The notes under the pieces were generated by a model. That model had not been told where the DNA came from. It worked only from the letters and a program-made list of their open reading frames with translations, and made no database searches. Below, piece by piece: positions 58,561-64,000 of a stretch of 64,000 nucleotides of DNA. Position 1 is the stretch's first letter, and each line of letters begins with the position of its first letter. This DNA comes from Chrysomallon squamiferum (lineage: Eukaryota; Animalia; Mollusca), in assembly GCA_012295275.1 (NCBI GenBank), contig CM022675.1:12524001-12588000 (forward strand), read 5' to 3'. Position numbers and translations under genes: made by a program.

Positions 58561-59007
58561 GTGAGAAGATGACAGTGATATTGTCACTGGTTGATCACCG
58601 ATTTGATTGGTTGCATTATTGAAAGGGCGGGGCAAAAAAATCTGATTTGAGAAGATGACAGTGATATTTCACTGTTTGTTTTTGATTTGATTGGTTGCAT
58701 TATTGGAAGGGGCGGGCAAAAAATAAATGAGATTAGGTGAGAAGATGACAGTGATATTGTCACTGTTTGTTTTTAACAATCTGATTGGTTGCATTATTGG
58801 AAGGGGCGGGCAAAAAATAAATGAGATTAGGTGAGAAGATGACAGTGATATTGTCACTGTTTGTTTTTAATGATTTGATTGGTTGCATTATTGGAAGGGG
58901 CGGGCAAAAAATAAATGAGATTAGGTGAGAAGATGACAGTGATATTGTCACTGTTTGTTTTTAATGATCTGATTGGTTGCATTATTGAAATGGGCGGGCA
59001 AAAAATA
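58508..59007 (+). repeat. 94-bp tandem array made of the 3' end of exon 9 plus its donor and intron start
   Basis: gatctgattgg(c/t)tgcattattggaaggggcgggcaaaaaataaatgagattag|gtgagaagatgacagtgatattgtcactg, about 5.5 copies. Intact donors at 58561, 58737, 58831 and 58925. Confidence 0.97.
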
Positions 59008-59334
59008 TATAAGCAGATATAAATGATATTTCTACTAGTTGTTTTTATTATCTGATTTTTTAAATTAGTCATTAACTTTTTATTATTAGTTCAGTTTTAC
59101 TGCTGTCAGATTCAAAGTAATTATTAATTAGTGATATTTTCAGTAGTTAACTTTTCATTATTTGATGTTAAAAACCAAATTACTAGTAATTAACATTTTA
59201 TTATTTCAATTTATGATAAGTTTTAAATACCAATTAATTATTGTTATTATGTTAAATTCAAGGTAGGTATTAATTACTGATATTTTACAAAATTATTTTA
59301 TTAGATTTGTGTAAAGATGAGTTGCACATTAGAA

Positions 59335-60068
<734 letters not shown>

Positions 60069-60197
60069 TAGACTATTGTTGCCATGGCTACAGTCTTCCC
60101 AACATCTGTCAGTCATACTCAGTCACTGTAGTTGGTTTGCGTCCTGACTAAATGTGATAATAGATGAAAAATCACTGTTTTGCTTGTTATGTGTTTT

Positions 60198-60228
<31 letters not shown>

Positions 60229-61479
60229 ATTTATTTTAATTATTATTAATTTTTTTAAATTGTTTTTTTTTTTGGAGGCATGCAGTTTATTTATTTAATT
60301 TTTTTTTATGTACAAATTTTTATTAAATAAAAAGAGTTGTTTTTTTGGAGTGCTGTTTTTATTTATTTTGTAAAAATATTTTTTGGGTGTATTCAGTGTT
60401 GCAGAGCTTGTTTATGTTACTTTTGTTTTGAAGATGTACAAATTTATAAAACTGTTTTGGAAAGTTTCAGTTTTTTTATGTAAATTTCAGTTTTCTATGC
60501 AGGCAGCAGAGTCAGTATAAATTAAATAAAAATAATCAAAATTTTAATTAATAAATTTTTTTTTTTTTATTAAATGTATTGATTTTTACAATCACAAAAA
60601 ACATTATTACAACAATTTACATCTTGATAACTGAGCTGGAATGGGAAAAACAATTTGATGAAGAGTTATTATAAAACCATAATTTGAAACTTTTTATCTA
60701 TGTATGAATTTAAAAAAATGTATACAACATTTCATGGTTTGTGATATTCAGATTTGCTCAAATATCTAAAGTTGTGACATTTTTAACCAAATGATTATAA
60801 ATACATACAGTTTACCATTTTGTGTATTTCATTAGTAATGACATTTGTGTTATAAAAATTAATATTTCATGAAGAAACATAAACACAAATACATATATAT
60901 ATATTGAAACAATATCATATTTATACAATAAAATCATTAGCTGAATTTTTATAAAATAGTTTTTAAATTTGAAGATATACACTAAAATGTTGTTAAATGA
61001 AAAAAAATGGTAATTACAAAAGTACTGTGATTTGACTGTTTTATAGAAAATAGTTTTTTTTTCTTTTTTTTTGGCGTGTGTGTGTGTTTGATGTGTAGAA
61101 TTTGTAAAGTAATTCTAGTATTTATTTATTAGTTAATTTATTTGTAGATTTATTCTTCTTTTGATATTATTTAATTTGTTGTTGTTTTGCTTGATGTGTT
61201 TTTTCACTTTTATTTAAATTTTAGAACTTGTTTTGTTTACACATGATCATTTTACATATAAATTTTTATGTTTTGAATCTGGTACAGACAGACAGATAGA
61301 CAGACAGACAGACAGACAGACAATGGATATAAAACCACTTTGTTTCTATGACAGTTTACATGGATCCATTTTTATTTCAGTTTTTACTTTATTTGTGAAA
61401 ATTTGGGTGTTTTATTTTCCATCTTCTGTTTATATATTACATATATAATCTGAAACTCTTGGAAGCAATATGAGCCAAT

Positions 61480-61523
<44 letters not shown>

Positions 61524-61584
61524 TAATTTGGTTGGTTAGTTTGTTAAGTTAGTTATTTACTTTTATTATTATTATTACTTTTAC

Positions 61585-61630
<46 letters not shown>

Positions 61631-62359
61631 GTTATTATCATCATCATTATTAGTGGGTAAAATCTACCATATTTGGTAAATTTTATAACAATGCAAACAG
61701 ACATTTTCTGTTAAATGTTTGTCATTTTAGTTTTTACTCTTATGATCATATTCATTCATAACCTTTTAAAATATTTGTTTAGAAACAATTTTTACTTTAG
61801 CTGTGTATAACATTAGAGTCAACATGAAGTTATTTGCCCTCACACAGAACTCTCAGAGAATCTTTTAAAATATAAGTGATTATAAATTTTAAAATGTAGC
61901 GATATTTCTATTATAAATGTCTAAATTTTTATTCTGAATGGTTTGGTTCATGAATTAGGTGCACATAATTTCATGAAATATTAATAACATTTCATTTTTA
62001 GTCAGATTCAGTGATGAATGTGTGCAAATGCTGTTTAAAGCTTCATGAATTATGATTAAAAATATTCATGAACAAGTTGCTTATATAATTCATGATTCAA
62101 AAGCCATGCATCATGTAGCCAATCATTAATTAGTGCAATATTTCTTCATGAAGTTGCAGTTGTCATAAGGAACATTATAGGTTCATGAAATAAATACAAT
62201 ATTCGTAAATTACCTGCAATATTATTTCACAAGTTGTACTGTTATATTCATGAACTGATTTTAGTAAAGTTTTCAAAATTTTGTACAGTAAAATTTAAGA
62301 TCTGGTTGCATTAAGGTTTCATGACTTAGTTGCTATACTAATTTATAAATTTAGTGCAG

Positions 62360-62815
62360 TAATAATTCATGAATTTACTACATTAAAGATTCATGAATGT
62401 GAAGTAGTAATTCATGAACAGGGTACAATAACTGATGGATTTATAACAGTAATTCACAAAAATATTGCAGTTTTTTATGAATTAAGGTAGTAGTTCATGA
62501 ATAAGGATAATAATTTTTGAATAAGTTGTAGTAATTCATGAATAAGGATAATTTTTGAATAAGTTGTAGTAATTCATGAATAAGGTGACATGATTCATGA
62601 ATAAGGTGACATGATTCATGAAACAGGTGCTGTAATTCTTCAGCAGGTTGTTAATAGTTCAAATAAGGTGCAGAAAAATAAGGTGCAGAAATTCATGAAT
62701 AAGGTGTAATAATTCACGAATAAGGTGTAATAATTCATGAATAAGGTGTAATAATTCATGAATACGGTGTAATAATTCATGAATAAGGTGTAATAATTCA
62801 TGAATAAGGTGCAGT
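62360..62815. repeat. 21-bp minisatellite (ttcatgaataaggtgtaataa), degenerate leftwards
   Basis: Homogeneous at 62690-62810. Older ttcatga copies extend back to about 61950. Confidence 0.9.
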
Positions 62816-62978
62816 AAGGTCTCATGTACTAGCTGGATGTAAATGAGTTAATAATAAGAATTTTTGTGACTTGTATTCTAAATAGATCTGAGGAAGGCAT
62901 TTGTTTGTTTGTTTGTTTGTTTACTGAAGAAGAATCAAAACTGTGATGATACAAATGTAAAAGTTAAGTCCAATAACT

Positions 62979-63096
62979 AATTAATATGTTGAATTACCCC
63001 TACAGGATGAAATGTAAAATTAATATGTTGAATTACCCCTTAAGGATGAAATGTAAAATTAATATGTTGAATTACCCCTTAAGGATGAAATGTAAA
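62979..63096. repeat. 39-bp repeat, 3 copies
   Basis: aattaatatgttgaattaccccttaaggatgaaatgtaa. Confidence 0.93.
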
Positions 63097-63833
63097 TATC
63101 AGTAGAACCTTTATTGTAAGTAAAACTGATTTTCAACAAAATAAGAGTTTAATAGTAGAAGTATTACTTGTTAAGTTAGTTTATAATTTAAATTTTGGCT
63201 CAAAACAACCTCATTAATAAAATAATTTAATTAAAATTTTGTGTAAAAGTAGGAAGAGCATTTAGAAGATTTTTTCTAATAAAGGTTAAAAGTTTCATAC
63301 AAGAAATTAGAAATGTTGTTACTGTTTACAGTTCTTTAGCAGATTAAACCTTAAAATTAATGTGCTGTCATTTTCTTCATTGCATATATTCAGTTGTTTA
63401 TTTTATCAGGTCAGCTTAATGTGATAATTTATGTATGCAGAGAATATTTTATAGTACCTGTAATATCAAAGGTTACCTGTTTGAAATTGGCATATTACCA
63501 CAATGTTTTTAAACAAATACTAGATAATCATTTTCAGAGAGTTATAGGAGCATTACCTGGTATTAACACAATTGACAAAATACTGGCATTGTTATTTATA
63601 AAAATAAAAACAGGTAAAACACCTGAAAGTGACCAAGGATATTACAACAAAAATGTCTAAGATTAATCAGATGTTTTGATTATAAATTATGATTTTTATA
63701 TTACGAAAAAAAAGGTTAAACATATTTAAATATTATAAATTATAAATTTTAAATTATTAAAATACAAAATATTGCTAAAGTTGTTTAGTTTCTAAACTTA
63801 TGAAAAAATGGCTAAGAGTGATTGGAGACAGAG

Positions 63834-64000
63834 GATGTTACGTAAATCCAGTGAGGTTTGGACGATGTTACGTAAATCCAGTGAGGTTTGGACGATGTTA
63901 CGTAAATCCAGTGAGGTTTGGACGATGTTACGTAAAGCCAGTGAGGTTTGGACGATGTTACGTAAATCCAGTGAGGTTTGGACGATGTTACGTAAATCCA
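63834..64000. repeat. 30-bp minisatellite (gacgatgttacgtaaatccagtgaggtttg), truncated by window end
   Basis: More than 5 near-identical copies with no spacers. Confidence 0.96.

Noticed and set aside
58600-59007. Exon 9 copies as mutually exclusive duplicated exons
   Set aside because: No acceptor AG precedes the copied coding segment, and only the last 53 nt of the exon are copied.
62886-62946. Possible terminal exon after aatag ([20 protein letters not shown]-stop)
   Set aside because: Weak acceptor, includes a TTTG microsatellite, and has no family similarity.
63834-64000. 30-bp repeat, and the 31-bp array at 42881, as CRISPR arrays
   Set aside because: Units are head-to-tail with no unique spacers, there are no cas genes, and the context is eukaryotic.

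Overview
AT-rich, microsatellite- and minisatellite-dense eukaryotic DNA from an invertebrate (a mollusc or other lophotrochozoan is my guess). One + strand gene dominates the window: a three-KH-domain poly(rC)-binding protein (PCBP/hnRNP E/Drosophila mub family). I reconstructed it by hand as 10 GT-AG coding exons from ATG 19793 to 60025/60071, about 344 aa if the last exon reads through. It includes 24-nt and 33-nt microexons that split the KH1 GXXG loop. Almost all entries in the ORF track are repeat noise. The main unexplained pattern is that local duplications repeatedly copy or start at the gene's own splice junctions. These are a 63-nt duplicated acceptor that creates an in-frame stop, a 94-nt array with three intact extra donors, degenerate donor echoes, and minisatellites beginning at donors or running into acceptors. 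Other signals: a competing local versus long-range RNA pairing around exons 3-4, an intronic four-CCAAT array, RFX X-boxes at the start and stop codons, three in-frame acceptors for exon 9, a candidate extra microexon, and a chimeric 438-bp duplication that is probably an assembly artefact. All coordinates and alignments were read by eye, with no database searches.
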